Positions 1 through 9,797 of a stretch of 64,000 bases of DNA are shown here, in pieces. Source of the stretch: an uncultured Pelagibacteraceae bacterium (GTDB taxonomy: Bacteria > Pseudomonadota > Alphaproteobacteria > Pelagibacterales > AG-422-B15); contig CACHAK010000001.1 in assembly GCA_902577765.1 (NCBI GenBank), positions 117,151-181,150 of the forward strand, read 5' to 3'. The translations under genes and the position numbers were made by a program. The number at the start of each line of letters is the position of its first letter. Within the stretch, counting starts at the first letter, position 1. Below the pieces are notes generated by a model, which was not told the DNA's origin, made no database searches, and saw only the letters and a program-made list of their open reading frames with translations.

Positions 1-2
1 TA

Positions 3-416
3 TCAAATCTTAGTTCACAATATTTAACATCAATAAATAAATATCTTAATTTTCATTTGATATGGAATAAGGGCTTTGCATTTGGAATATTTCAAAATGA
101 AATTTCGATGGTTAATTATATTTATATGTTTGTTATGGCGATAATTGCTATAGCAGTATTTTTTTATGCGATAACTATTAATAAAAAAATTTATTATTAT
201 GGATTTAGTTTAATTATAGGAGGAGCGCTTGGTAACTTGCTCGACAGATATCAATATTCTGCCGTATTAGATTTTATAGATTTACATTATAACAATTATC
301 ATTGGTATGTATTCAATATAGCTGATATAAGTATCACTCTTGGCTGTATTTTGATTATTTTACTTGAGTTGTTCTCAAAAAAAGAAAATGATAAAACCGT
401 TAAAAATGATACGTAA
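3..416 (+). CDS. lspA: Lipoprotein signal peptidase II (peptidase A8), 5' end cut by the window edge
   Basis: The frame is open from nt 3, so the TTG at 57 in the ORF track is probably internal. Motifs NKGFAFG, GGALGNLLDR and FNIADISITLG are typical of LspA. Confidence 0.85.
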   Translation, partial: SNLSSQYLTSINKYLNFHLIWNKGFAFGIFQNEISMVNYIYMFVMAIIAIAVFFYAITINKKIYYYGFSLIIGGALGNLLDRYQYSAVLDFIDLHYNNYHWYVFNIADISITLGCILIILLELFSKKENDKTVKNDT

Positions 417-1020
417 CTATCTAATTATATTTTTTTTATTAATTTTTGCTGCTTGTACTAACAATACAGTCAGAGATTACACATCATTAAAGCAAAAAGC
501 ACTAGAGATACCTCCTGATTTTGAACTAATCCCACCAGTTGTTGGTGAAGAGGAAGTAGAGGAGGCCGCGCCTACAGGTGATTCAGCCGAAGATATTCAA
601 GATATCATTACACAAGACTCATCCACCAGCGTGCCTAGTAATGCTGATACATCATCGTTAGACGAATTTATTGATAATAATTTTGGAAACGAGGATCAAA
701 ATATGAATAATTTAACTTTACCTGAGGACTCTATTAATGAGGTAATTGAAGATTCACTTGTTGAAAGTAATGAATTAGACGTTGTAACAAATGACGATAG
801 CATTTTAGATACAACTGATAATATTGGTTTGAGCGAGGAAGAGTTTTTGGAAGGTATATCAAACATAGATGAAATTACAACACTTCCTGAAGAAGATCAG
901 CTTAAACCAGAAATAATTGATGAAACAATGTATGATGATGCTCCTAGTTTTGATGAAAACGAAGATTTGAATGATCTTCTTAACAGGGTGGATGACTTAC
1001 TTAATTCATATTCAAATTAA
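388..1020 (+). CDS. Acidic lipoprotein, DUF3035-like N-terminus with a long D/E-rich low-complexity tail
   Basis: Signal peptide ends in the lipobox LIFAAC. The motif ALEIPPDFELIPP resembles the DUF3035 alphaproteobacterial lipoprotein family (from memory). The start is ambiguous: ATG 388, ATG 406 or TTG 364. It overlaps the lspA stop. Confidence 0.6.
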   Translation: MIKPLKMIRNYLIIFFLLIFAACTNNTVRDYTSLKQKALEIPPDFELIPPVVGEEEVEEAAPTGDSAEDIQDIITQDSSTSVPSNADTSSLDEFIDNNFGNEDQNMNNLTLPEDSINEVIEDSLVESNELDVVTNDDSILDTTDNIGLSEEEFLEGISNIDEITTLPEEDQLKPEIIDETMYDDAPSFDENEDLNDLLNRVDDLLNSYSN

Positions 1021-1031
1021 TTATTTTATAA

Positions 1032-2030
1032 ATGTTTAAGTTTTTTAGAGATCCAAAATGGTTTTTATGGGCATACATCGGTTCAGCTATTATCTTATCA
1101 TCTCTGTGGGTTCAGGTTCAAATTGATGTAAAAATTAACGAATGGTTTGGTGAGTTTTACGACATGATACAGGAAGCATTGTCAGCTCCTAACGCCATTA
1201 CAATTGAAGAATATTGGGCAAGTTTATTATCTTTTATAACACTAGCGGGAATGTATGTAGCAGTTGCAGTCCTTGTAAGTTATTTTACTAATCACTTTTT
1301 ATTTAGATGGAGAACTGCCATGGTTGAGTGGTATCACTCTGTCTATGATAAGGCACGTAAGATTGAGGGCGCGTCACAAAGAGTTCAAGAGGATACCATA
1401 AAGTTTTCAAGAATTATGGAGTCTCTTGGTACAAGTTTGATTGAAGCTTTAATGATCCTGGTAGAATTTATGCCAATACTGTTTGGCTTGAGTATTGGAA
1501 TTCCAATATTTTTCTTTGGTGAATGGGAGTATGGTTTAGTCGTTGGTGCATTATTATGGTCTATAGGAGGAACATTATTTTTAATTGGACTTGGTTTAAT
1601 TTTAAGGCTTGTTGGTATTGAATACGATTTACAAAAACAAGAAGCGGCATATAGAAAAATGTTAGTAATTGCTGAAGATAATGAAACAGTAAGACCAAAA
1701 ACCCTTGAGGAATTATTTGATGATGTAAGGCAAATTCATTTTTTAAGTTATATAAGATATCTATATTTCGATATTGGTCGTATTGCATTTTTACAGGCAA
1801 ATGTTTTATCAGCTTATGTATTTTTAGCTCCAGCAATTGTTGCTGGGGTAGTTACTCTTGGCGTCATGCAGCAAATAATCAGGGCATTTGGTAGAGTTGA
1901 GGGGTCAATGCAATATCTTCTTAAAGCATGGCCAACAATTATTGAACTTGCAAGTGTTTATAAAAGATTGAGAGAGTTTGAAAGACAAATAGATCAAGCA
2001 ACTGCAACAGCTGGTCAGGAAGTGCGATGA
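1032..2030 (+). CDS. SbmA/BacA-like inner-membrane peptide transporter (short form)
   Basis: Aligns by eye along its length with E. coli SbmA as I recall it: MFKxFF start, NxWxxxFYDxIQ, FRWRTAM, EGAxQRVQEDTxxF, EAAYRK and SVYKRLRxFE. Confidence 0.8.
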   Translation: MFKFFRDPKWFLWAYIGSAIILSSLWVQVQIDVKINEWFGEFYDMIQEALSAPNAITIEEYWASLLSFITLAGMYVAVAVLVSYFTNHFLFRWRTAMVEWYHSVYDKARKIEGASQRVQEDTIKFSRIMESLGTSLIEALMILVEFMPILFGLSIGIPIFFFGEWEYGLVVGALLWSIGGTLFLIGLGLILRLVGIEYDLQKQEAAYRKMLVIAEDNETVRPKTLEELFDDVRQIHFLSYIRYLYFDIGRIAFLQANVLSAYVFLAPAIVAGVVTLGVMQQIIRAFGRVEGSMQYLLKAWPTIIELASVYKRLREFERQIDQATATAGQEVR

Positions 2031-3052
2031 TGAGTTATCCATTTCTAGATTTTGATAAGCTTGAAAACTCATATTCTGAGTCGTTAGGGATGCTAAATAA
2101 AAGTTTTAATAAAATTTTTGTAGTTGGTATAGGCGGCTCTTCTCAGGGATCAAAAGCAATTAATCATTTTTTAAATGAAAAACGTGTTCAATATGTTGAT
2201 CATTTAAATTCTGTTAAGATTAATGATTTGTTAAACAATACTAAATTAGATGAGACTGGTTTCATTTTCGTATCAAAATCTGGACAAACATCAGAAACAC
2301 TAACCATCTTTGAATATATGATCAAAAAACTAGACGGAAATATTGATTTTTCAAAAAATTTTTATTCGTTTACAGAAAATGCATCTTCTCCACTAAGAGA
2401 CTTGTCCATACAAAAATCAATAAAAACTATTGAACTTAATAACGAAATTGGAGGTAGATTTTCAATTTTTAGTAACAATAGCCTTATCCCAAGTTTTTAC
2501 TTTAATAGAGATCTGTGCACTGAGTTTTTTAATGGAGGAAGAAGAGCATTAGAAGATAAAGACCAAATAAAGAATATGGCTGAGGAAGATTTTAAAAGTA
2601 TCAAAAATGGAAAGAATATATTTGCTTATTTGATTTATGGTGACGAGCTTATTGAAATTGGTAATTGGCGAAAACAATTATATGCGGAGTCACTGGGTAA
2701 AAACGCAAAAGGTGTTTTACCTGTAGTATCTGAAATGCCAAAAGACCAGCATAGTCTTTTACAGTTATATCTAGATGGACCCAAAAATATTTTTTTTGAA
2801 ATCATGGGCATGGAATACTCAAAAATGGATTTGATTAATATCACACTTTCAAATCATCTTGATGCTATGAGTAAATCTTTATCAAAGATAAATGAGAATT
2901 CTAATAAATATATATTTAAAGATAAAGATATTAGTAAGATCGGCCATTTTTTTGGATCAGAAATGTTAAGGGTTATCTATCTTGCGGAATTATTAGAAGT
3001 TGATCCCTTTACTCAAGATGCAGTTGAGCTTCAAAAAGGTTATTTAAACTAA
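2027..3052 (+). CDS. pgi: Glucose-6-phosphate isomerase (short, 341 aa)
   Basis: PGI/SIS motifs GIGGSSQGSKA, SKSGQTSETL, GGRFSIFSN, ESLGK and QHSLLQLYLDG. ATGA start/stop overlap with the upstream gene. Confidence 0.8.
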   Translation: MMSYPFLDFDKLENSYSESLGMLNKSFNKIFVVGIGGSSQGSKAINHFLNEKRVQYVDHLNSVKINDLLNNTKLDETGFIFVSKSGQTSETLTIFEYMIKKLDGNIDFSKNFYSFTENASSPLRDLSIQKSIKTIELNNEIGGRFSIFSNNSLIPSFYFNRDLCTEFFNGGRRALEDKDQIKNMAEEDFKSIKNGKNIFAYLIYGDELIEIGNWRKQLYAESLGKNAKGVLPVVSEMPKDQHSLLQLYLDGPKNIFFEIMGMEYSKMDLINITLSNHLDAMSKSLSKINENSNKYIFKDKDISKIGHFFGSEMLRVIYLAELLEVDPFTQDAVELQKGYLN

Positions 3053-3613
3053 TTTAAAAAAACTAAATTTTGAATTACCTAGTTCTTTTTCACGTAAAAG
3101 TACTATTTCTGAAAGTTCAAATTGTTTAGATTTTTTTTCTTCCTCTAAGATGACTATACTATCTTTTTCTAATAAGTTTTTTTTAATAATATTTTTAATA
3201 GCTCTGAGTCCAAGATTTTTTCCATACGGTGGATCTATATAAGCAAGATTGAACTTTGCAGATTCAGAATGCTCTTCAAATGAACAAGCATTTTCAGATA
3301 TAACAGCAATCTTTTCTAAATACCCTAGCTTGTTTGCACTTTTAAAAATTATATCTACCATTTGTTGATTGTTCTCCACCATGGTTGCGTGTCTAGCACC
3401 ACGTGACAATGCTTCAAAGCTAAATGAGCCGGTGCCAGCGAAAAGATCAATTACTTTTGCTTCTTCAAGACTAAAGTTAATTTTTACCAATTCTTTTCCA
3501 TGCGTTAAAAGATTAAAAATAGTTTCCCTATTTTTGTCTGAAAGTGGTCTTACATCTTTACTTTTAAAGCTAAATATTGAATGACCTTTTCTTTCTCCAC
3601 TAATAATTCTCAT
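3044..3613 (-). CDS. rsmD: 16S rRNA (guanine966-N2)-methyltransferase
   Basis: MRIISGxxKG N-terminus, SAM-binding DLFAGTGSFSFEALSRGA, and the DPPY catalytic motif. Confidence 0.85.
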   Translation of the reverse strand: MRIISGERKGHSIFSFKSKDVRPLSDKNRETIFNLLTHGKELVKINFSLEEAKVIDLFAGTGSFSFEALSRGARHATMVENNQQMVDIIFKSANKLGYLEKIAVISENACSFEEHSESAKFNLAYIDPPYGKNLGLRAIKNIIKKNLLEKDSIVILEEEKKSKQFELSEIVLLREKELGNSKFSFFKLV

Positions 3614-3614
3614 T

Positions 3615-4325
3615 TTAAGTAACTTTTTTTATTTCCCCTTTTTTCAAATTTCCAAGCTTAAATTCCCCATAAGTTATTCTAATTAATCTTGTGACTGTAA
3701 TATTCAAAGAATCAAAAATATTTCTAATTTCTTTATTTTTACCTTCAGTAAGTGTCATTTTAATCCATGAGTAAGTATTTGTTTTGCTAATGAATGATGC
3801 TTTTATAGGTTTATATTTAACTTTTTTATACGTATAACCCCTTAATAAGGTATTAATAAATTTATTATCAATAAAGCCTTGTATTTTTACCTTATAAACC
3901 CTTTCAAAATTATTTTTGGGTAATTCCATCTTTCTTTTGAAGCTACCGCTGTTAGTCAATAGTAATAGCCCCTCTGAATTGTAATCAAGTCGTCCAATTG
4001 AAATTAAATTATGATTTTTTTTAGGTATATATTCATAAATAGTTTTGCGATTTTTTGGATCTGATTTTGTTACCAAGCATCCTCTTGGTTTGTTGAAAAT
4101 ATATATATCATTTAATTGCTGATCAGATTTTAGGTAAATAGGTTTATTGTCTATTTTTACAATACTGTTGCTACTTATTTGAACTCCTTGTTTTGTAACC
4201 AATTCGTTATCAACAACAACTCTTTGCTCATCGATGAGTTTATCTATTTCTCTTCTCGAATAGTTAGTTGACTGTGCTAATAATTTATTAATTCTTACTA
4301 ATTTTTGTTGTCTCAAAGTAGGCAT
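3615..4325 (-). CDS. Pseudouridine synthase, RsuA/RluB family, with N-terminal S4 domain
   Basis: S4-like RINKLLAQ...SRREIDKLI and the catalytic motif GRLDYNSEGLLLLTN. Confidence 0.85.
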   Translation of the reverse strand: MPTLRQQKLVRINKLLAQSTNYSRREIDKLIDEQRVVVDNELVTKQGVQISSNSIVKIDNKPIYLKSDQQLNDIYIFNKPRGCLVTKSDPKNRKTIYEYIPKKNHNLISIGRLDYNSEGLLLLTNSGSFKRKMELPKNNFERVYKVKIQGFIDNKFINTLLRGYTYKKVKYKPIKASFISKTNTYSWIKMTLTEGKNKEIRNIFDSLNITVTRLIRITYGEFKLGNLKKGEIKKVT

Positions 4326-4357
4326 GAATTAGGATTGTTTATATTAATTAAATATTT

Positions 4358-4807
4358 ATGACACAAAATAAATTCATGGCAATGGCAATTGAGGAGGCAA
4401 AAAAAGGCCTAAAAATTGGAGAAATACCAATTGGATGCGTTATCACTAACAAGGAAGATAAAGTTTTAGCCCGGTCCCATAATTCAGTGGTTAGCAGAAA
4501 AGACCCAGTAGGTCATGCTGAACTAAACGCTATAAGAGAGGCGTGTGAAGTGATTAACTCTGATAGATTGGTTGATTGTAATATTTACGTGACTTTAGAG
4601 CCATGTATTATGTGTGCCAGCGCTATATCAAAAGCTAAGCTTAAGAGGTTGTATTATGGTGCAGATGATTTAAAATATGGATCGATAAATGGTAACTTAA
4701 ATTTTTTTATATCAAAAAATTGTAATCATTTGCCAGAAATTTATGATAATATTTCAAAAACTGACTGTGAAAACTTAATAAATAATTTTTTTAAAGGTAA
4801 AAGATAA
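4358..4807 (+). CDS. tadA: tRNA-specific adenosine deaminase
   Basis: CDA-fold zinc motifs HAELNAI and PCIMCASA; size 149 aa. Confidence 0.9.
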   Translation: MTQNKFMAMAIEEAKKGLKIGEIPIGCVITNKEDKVLARSHNSVVSRKDPVGHAELNAIREACEVINSDRLVDCNIYVTLEPCIMCASAISKAKLKRLYYGADDLKYGSINGNLNFFISKNCNHLPEIYDNISKTDCENLINNFFKGKR

Positions 4808-6012
4808 TGAACATATCGCCAAAAGCAAAAGAAACTACGGATAGATTGAATAATTTTATGGATAAGCACGTTTATCCAAACAACGAAACATATCATAGTC
4901 AGATCGAAAATTTTGGAGCTGACAGATGGCAGGTGGTGCCGGTGATTGAAGATCTTAAAAAGGAAGCAAAAAAAGAAGACCTTTGGAATTTATTTTTACC
5001 TGAAAGTGACTATGGGCATGGCCTTACAAACGCAGAGTATGCGCCGATGTGTGAAATCATGGGGAGAGCAATGTGGTCTGCGGAAGTTTTCAATTGTTCT
5101 GCTCCTGATACCGGTAATATGGAAGTTTTAGTTCGATATGGAACAGATGAACAAAAAGAAAAGTACTTAAAGCCATTATTAGAAGGTGAAGTACGCTCTG
5201 CTTTTGCCATGACAGAGCCTGCAGTCGCTTCATCAGACGCAACAAATATTGAAAGTGAAATAAAAAAAGAAGGAAATCAATATGTCCTTAATGGAACAAA
5301 ATGGTGGACTTCTGGTGCAATGGATCCAAGGTGCCAATTTTTTATCTTCATGGGAAAAACAGATCCAGATAATCCTGACAGACATAAGCAGCAATCCATG
5401 ATACTGGTTGATAAGGACACACCAGGTATCAAAATAAAGAGACATTTGCCTGTTTTTGGTTTTGACGACGCCCCACATGGACATGCTGAGGTTGAATTTA
5501 AAGACGTCAAAGTTCCTCCAGAAAATATGCTTTTAGGCGAAGGTAGAGGATTTGAAATTGCGCAGGGTAGGTTGGGACCTGGACGAATTCATCATTGTAT
5601 GAGAACTATTGGCCTTGCTGAAGTTGCACTTGAAGCAATGTGTAAAAGACTAATGAGCAGAAAGGCTTTTGGCAAAGAAGTGGTAAGGCACTCTGTTTGG
5701 CAAGAGAGAATTGCTGATGCTAGAATAAATATTGAGATGACTAGACTACTAACATTAAAAGCCGCAAGTATGATGGATGAAGTAGGAAACAAAGTTGCAA
5801 AAAATGAAATAGCTATGATTAAAGTAGCTGCACCAAATATGGCATTAAAAATTATTGATGACGCAATTCAAGCGTTTGGAGGAGCTGGAGTAACAACAGA
5901 CCCACACCTAGCACAAGCTTACGCAGGAATGAGAACTCTGCGATTAGCGGATGGGCCAGACGAAGTGCATAGACTTTCTATTGCAAGAAATGAATTAAAA
6001 AAATACTTATAA
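4807..6012 (+). CDS. Acyl-CoA dehydrogenase, ACAD10/ACAD11/FadE2-like subfamily
   Basis: ACAD fold throughout ([14 protein letters not shown], WWTSGA). C-terminal [10 protein letters not shown] has Asp where MCAD has Glu376. The N-terminus, [22 protein letters not shown], is typical of this subfamily. Confidence 0.85.
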   Translation: MNISPKAKETTDRLNNFMDKHVYPNNETYHSQIENFGADRWQVVPVIEDLKKEAKKEDLWNLFLPESDYGHGLTNAEYAPMCEIMGRAMWSAEVFNCSAPDTGNMEVLVRYGTDEQKEKYLKPLLEGEVRSAFAMTEPAVASSDATNIESEIKKEGNQYVLNGTKWWTSGAMDPRCQFFIFMGKTDPDNPDRHKQQSMILVDKDTPGIKIKRHLPVFGFDDAPHGHAEVEFKDVKVPPENMLLGEGRGFEIAQGRLGPGRIHHCMRTIGLAEVALEAMCKRLMSRKAFGKEVVRHSVWQERIADARINIEMTRLLTLKAASMMDEVGNKVAKNEIAMIKVAAPNMALKIIDDAIQAFGGAGVTTDPHLAQAYAGMRTLRLADGPDEVHRLSIARNELKKYL

Positions 6013-6014
6013 TT

Positions 6015-6182
6015 TTGATAAAAAAGAAAAAAACCTACCAGAAAGATAATTACGGAAGATACGTTAAGTCACACGAATTTGATCACTATTGGGATGAGTA
6101 TCACAATCTGGAAGATATTTCGATGAAAGAGTCAATAAGACAGAGGAAAGAGCGAGAAAAAAATATAAAAAACTCTAAATAG
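6015..6182 (+). CDS. Candidate small basic protein (55 codons, TTG start), unannotated in the ORF track
   Basis: Stop-free frame of 55 codons in ~70% AT DNA, inside the only long convergent gap of the window (6013-6174). No ATG start, no clear SD and no recognisable family. Its last 8 nt overlap the convergent gene's 3' end. Confidence 0.25.
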   Translation: MIKKKKTYQKDNYGRYVKSHEFDHYWDEYHNLEDISMKESIRQRKEREKNIKNSK

Positions 6183-7413
6183 TATTATCCAAAAACCCTA
6201 TTAATTTTCTTACCTCTTCTATGCTATTGTAATGAACCATAGAGACTCTAACTACCCCATCATTTGGCTCAATGCCCAAACCCTGCAAACATCTCCAGGC
6301 ATAAAATTCACCATTTCTAATGCCAATATTATTTCTTCCAGCCTCCTGGGCTACATGCAATGAGCTTTTATCTTTCACAGTGAATGATACAGTTGGCATA
6401 CGATCACATCTAGCATGTGTTTGTTTGCCAATCATTCTTATATTTTTTTTTGTTTTGAGGAATTCAATCAGTTCTTTCATTAATATCTCTTCATGTTTGG
6501 ATACCAATTCAAAAACTTTTTTACCTTTACGATGAAGATTTAAATTATTTTCGCCAAAATGATGATCATATAAAGTTTCGTAGTAGTCAGTTATACCTGA
6601 CAAACATCCAAGTTCCTCATGATTAGGACCACCTGGATTAAGAGTATATGGAACACTTCCTTCCAAGAATTCATGATTGAGATTTTTTGTTTCAAGTAAT
6701 AAATCTCTCTTACCATATAATAGAGCTAAATGTGGTCCATAAGTTTTGTATAAGCTAAAACCATAGAAATCTATATCGAGATCTTTTAAATCAGCAATAT
6801 CATGTGCCATGTAAGCTACACCGTCTCCAACAACTTTGATATTATTCTGATGTGCCAATGTAATGATATCCTTTAGATTATTAATTGATGCAACAACATT
6901 AGATGTATGACAGACACAGATAAATTTTGTTTTTTCTGTAATGAGATTTTTTAATTCATCCAATTCTAGTTCGGCAGAGTCAGGGTTAAACTTCCATTCA
7001 TTTATTTTGATACCGTGTTCTGATAATTTTCTCCACGCACCGATGTTCGCCTCATGATCTTGATTAGTGACTATGATTTCGTCCCCATCGTTAAGCCACG
7101 ATTTCACTGCGTTAGATAATAAAAACATATTCATAGTTGTAGACGGTCCAATCATAAATTCATCATTACTGATATTTAGGAGTTCAGCTATTTTGTTTAA
7201 ACTATTATCCATTTCATTACCTGCCTCAATCGATGGACCAAAGTCGCCATATGGCTGTACTTTTTTAGTCGTCATAAAATCATTTAACTTATCAATAACC
7301 TGTTTTGGCACATATGTGCCACCTGCGTTTTCAAAAAATGCAAAGTTTGAAGTTTTAGGGTTTTGAAAAACTGGGAACTGGTTTCTTACAAAATCTATAT
7401 CTAGTTCTGTCAT
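6175..7413 (-). CDS. Class V aminotransferase-fold PLP enzyme (cysteine desulfurase-like family)
   Basis: NAGGTYVP N-terminal motif, HTSNVV, and the PLP-lysine context FSLYKTYGPH; 412 aa. Confidence 0.8.
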   Translation of the reverse strand: MTELDIDFVRNQFPVFQNPKTSNFAFFENAGGTYVPKQVIDKLNDFMTTKKVQPYGDFGPSIEAGNEMDNSLNKIAELLNISNDEFMIGPSTTMNMFLLSNAVKSWLNDGDEIIVTNQDHEANIGAWRKLSEHGIKINEWKFNPDSAELELDELKNLITEKTKFICVCHTSNVVASINNLKDIITLAHQNNIKVVGDGVAYMAHDIADLKDLDIDFYGFSLYKTYGPHLALLYGKRDLLLETKNLNHEFLEGSVPYTLNPGGPNHEELGCLSGITDYYETLYDHHFGENNLNLHRKGKKVFELVSKHEEILMKELIEFLKTKKNIRMIGKQTHARCDRMPTVSFTVKDKSSLHVAQEAGRNNIGIRNGEFYAWRCLQGLGIEPNDGVVRVSMVHYNSIEEVRKLIGFLDNTI

Positions 7414-7418
7414 AGTAA

Positions 7419-8486
7419 TTATTTTGCTCCCTCTTTTACAATATTCCAGCCTAATTTTCCTAATATAGGAACAAAACTTTCATAGTTTTTGGCCTCCGAA
7501 CTTGAGGCTGTTCCATCTCTAACTCTTCCAACAATACCCTGTGCAATTCCTGCCAAGCGGAAAATGTTATATGCCATATAAAAATCCCAGTTTTCTATTT
7601 TACTTCTGCCAGTTTTTTTATAATACATTTCAGCATACTCATGTTCAGAGGGAATATTAAGTTCCTCTAAGTTTGATCCCATCATACCAAGACCTTTTGC
7701 TGCAGCAGGCAGTCGCCATGACATCATATGATAAGTAAAATCTGCTATAGGATTGCCGAGTGTAGATAGCTCCCAGTCTAGTATAGCCATAACTTTATTA
7801 TTTTTTTTATCAAATATCATATTATCTAGACGAAAGTCTCCATGTACAATTGTAGTTTCATTATCTTCAGGAATATTTATTGGCAACCATTCAATTAAAT
7901 TGTCCATTTCATTGATTTTTTGTGTTTCAGAGTCTTTATACTGCTTAGTCCAACGATGAATTTGTCTTGCCATGTAATTTTCGTGTTTTCCATAATCACT
8001 TAGCCCAATTTTCTGAAAATCCACGTTGTGAAGTTTTGCAATCGTATCATTCATGGACAGGTAAATTTCGCGGCGTTGTTTGTTATCTGAATCTGGCAAT
8101 AAAAGTTCCCAATATATATTTCCATCAACATGATCCATTAAAAAAAATTGCGTTCCAATAACGTCTTCATCTTCACAAAAACAATAAGTTTCAGGAACCG
8201 GTACATCAGTTTTGCCAAGTGCAGTAATGACTTTATATTCTCTGTCTACTGCATGTGCAGATTTTAATAATTTACCAGGAGGCTTACGCCTTAACACATA
8301 GTTTTTTGTTTTATCCTCAATCAAATAAGTAGGATTGGATTGCCCACCTTTAAATTGCTTGATACTTACAATATCAAACTCATTTCCAATTATTTTTTTT
8401 ATGTAATCATTGAGATTATCACTATTAAAAACTAACTTTTCATCAACTTCCTTAGTGCCAGAAAATATTTCGTCACGAGTTGTCAT
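7419..8486 (-). CDS. APH-family phosphotransferase/kinase, ACAD10/11 N-domain-like
   Basis: FKGGQSNPTYLI, YVLRRKPPGKLLKSAHAVDREY, and the catalytic loop HGDFRLDNMIF plus LDWELS. Confidence 0.85.
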   Translation of the reverse strand: MTTRDEIFSGTKEVDEKLVFNSDNLNDYIKKIIGNEFDIVSIKQFKGGQSNPTYLIEDKTKNYVLRRKPPGKLLKSAHAVDREYKVITALGKTDVPVPETYCFCEDEDVIGTQFFLMDHVDGNIYWELLLPDSDNKQRREIYLSMNDTIAKLHNVDFQKIGLSDYGKHENYMARQIHRWTKQYKDSETQKINEMDNLIEWLPINIPEDNETTIVHGDFRLDNMIFDKKNNKVMAILDWELSTLGNPIADFTYHMMSWRLPAAAKGLGMMGSNLEELNIPSEHEYAEMYYKKTGRSKIENWDFYMAYNIFRLAGIAQGIVGRVRDGTASSSEAKNYESFVPILGKLGWNIVKEGAK

Positions 8487-9745
8487 TTAATTGCCTTTTT
8501 TCCAATGTCTCTTCTGTAATAACCATCCGGCCAATCCAGCTGACCGATGTAATCATAAATCATATTAAGGGCATCACTTAGATTTTTATTTTTTGCTGTT
8601 ACGGAAAGAACTCTACCTCCGTTAGCTAGAAGGTTATTACCATCGTGTTTTGTTCCTGCGTGAAATACTTGAAATAGATCATTACTCACAAAATTTTCAT
8701 AGCCAATAATTTTTGTATTTTTTTTATAGGCTCCTGGATAACCTTTTGCCGCAACAACAACTGTAGCGCTATTATCGTCTTCCCATTCCAATTTAGTTTT
8801 ACTTAGATTGCCGTTCAGGCAATTAAGAATTAACTTGATTAAATCATTTTTCATTCTAAGCATTAAAACCTGACACTCTGGATCACCAAATCTAATATTA
8901 TATTCAACCAATCGCGCATAACCATCTTTAATCATTAATCCAGCATAGAGAATACCTTTATAAGGATGTCCATTTTTTTTAAGAGCTTTTAGAGTGGGCG
9001 TAATAATTTCCTTGTCTACTTGTTCTTTTATTTTAGGTGTAAAAATTGGCGCAGGTGAATATGCCCCCATTCCGCCAGTGTTAGGCCCTGTATCATTTTC
9101 GCCTATTCTTTTATGATCTTGGGCACTTTCTAATGAAACAAAATCCTCACCATCACAACAAACAAAATAACTCGCTTCTTCACCATCCATAAATTCTTCA
9201 ATAACTACATCCATATTCGCCCCAAACTTCTCATCAAAAATGTCATTTATTGCTTGTTCTGCCATTTTCTTTGTGTCCGCAACAGTAACACCTTTCCCAG
9301 CTGCTAGACCATCAGCTTTAATTACAATAGGTAAAGGCTGTGCATTTAAATAGTTTATAGCTTCTTCTTTCTTATCAAAGCGAGCATAGTCAGCTGTTGG
9401 TATCCTATTTTGTTTACAAAGATCTTTCATAAAACCTTTGGATCCTTCTAACTGCGATGCATACATATCTGGTCCAAAGATTTTTATTTCTGTGTTTCTA
9501 AAAAAATCAACAATCCCTGCAACCAATGGTACTTCAGGGCCGACAATGACTAATTCTATCATTTTAATTTTACAGAAGTCGTATATTTTCTCAAAATCTG
9601 TTTGATCAATTTGCTCACATTGAGCAAGTTGGCTTATTCCGTAGTTTCCAGGTATTGCATAAATAGATGAAACCAGAGAGCTTTTAGATATTAAATAACA
9701 TAACGCATGCTCACGAGCCCCACTGCCAATCACTAAAATTTTCAT
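8483..9745 (-). CDS. purD: Phosphoribosylamine-glycine ligase
   Basis: MKILVIGSGAREHAL and ATP-grasp motifs, full-length 420 aa. Overlaps the downstream gene by 4 nt. Confidence 0.95.
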   Translation of the reverse strand: MKILVIGSGAREHALCYLISKSSLVSSIYAIPGNYGISQLAQCEQIDQTDFEKIYDFCKIKMIELVIVGPEVPLVAGIVDFFRNTEIKIFGPDMYASQLEGSKGFMKDLCKQNRIPTADYARFDKKEEAINYLNAQPLPIVIKADGLAAGKGVTVADTKKMAEQAINDIFDEKFGANMDVVIEEFMDGEEASYFVCCDGEDFVSLESAQDHKRIGENDTGPNTGGMGAYSPAPIFTPKIKEQVDKEIITPTLKALKKNGHPYKGILYAGLMIKDGYARLVEYNIRFGDPECQVLMLRMKNDLIKLILNCLNGNLSKTKLEWEDDNSATVVVAAKGYPGAYKKNTKIIGYENFVSNDLFQVFHAGTKHDGNNLLANGGRVLSVTAKNKNLSDALNMIYDYIGQLDWPDGYYRRDIGKKAIK

Positions 9746-9797
9746 AAAGTATATTTTTGATTTTCTTGTTATATTAGCACATTAATATTTAAATTAA

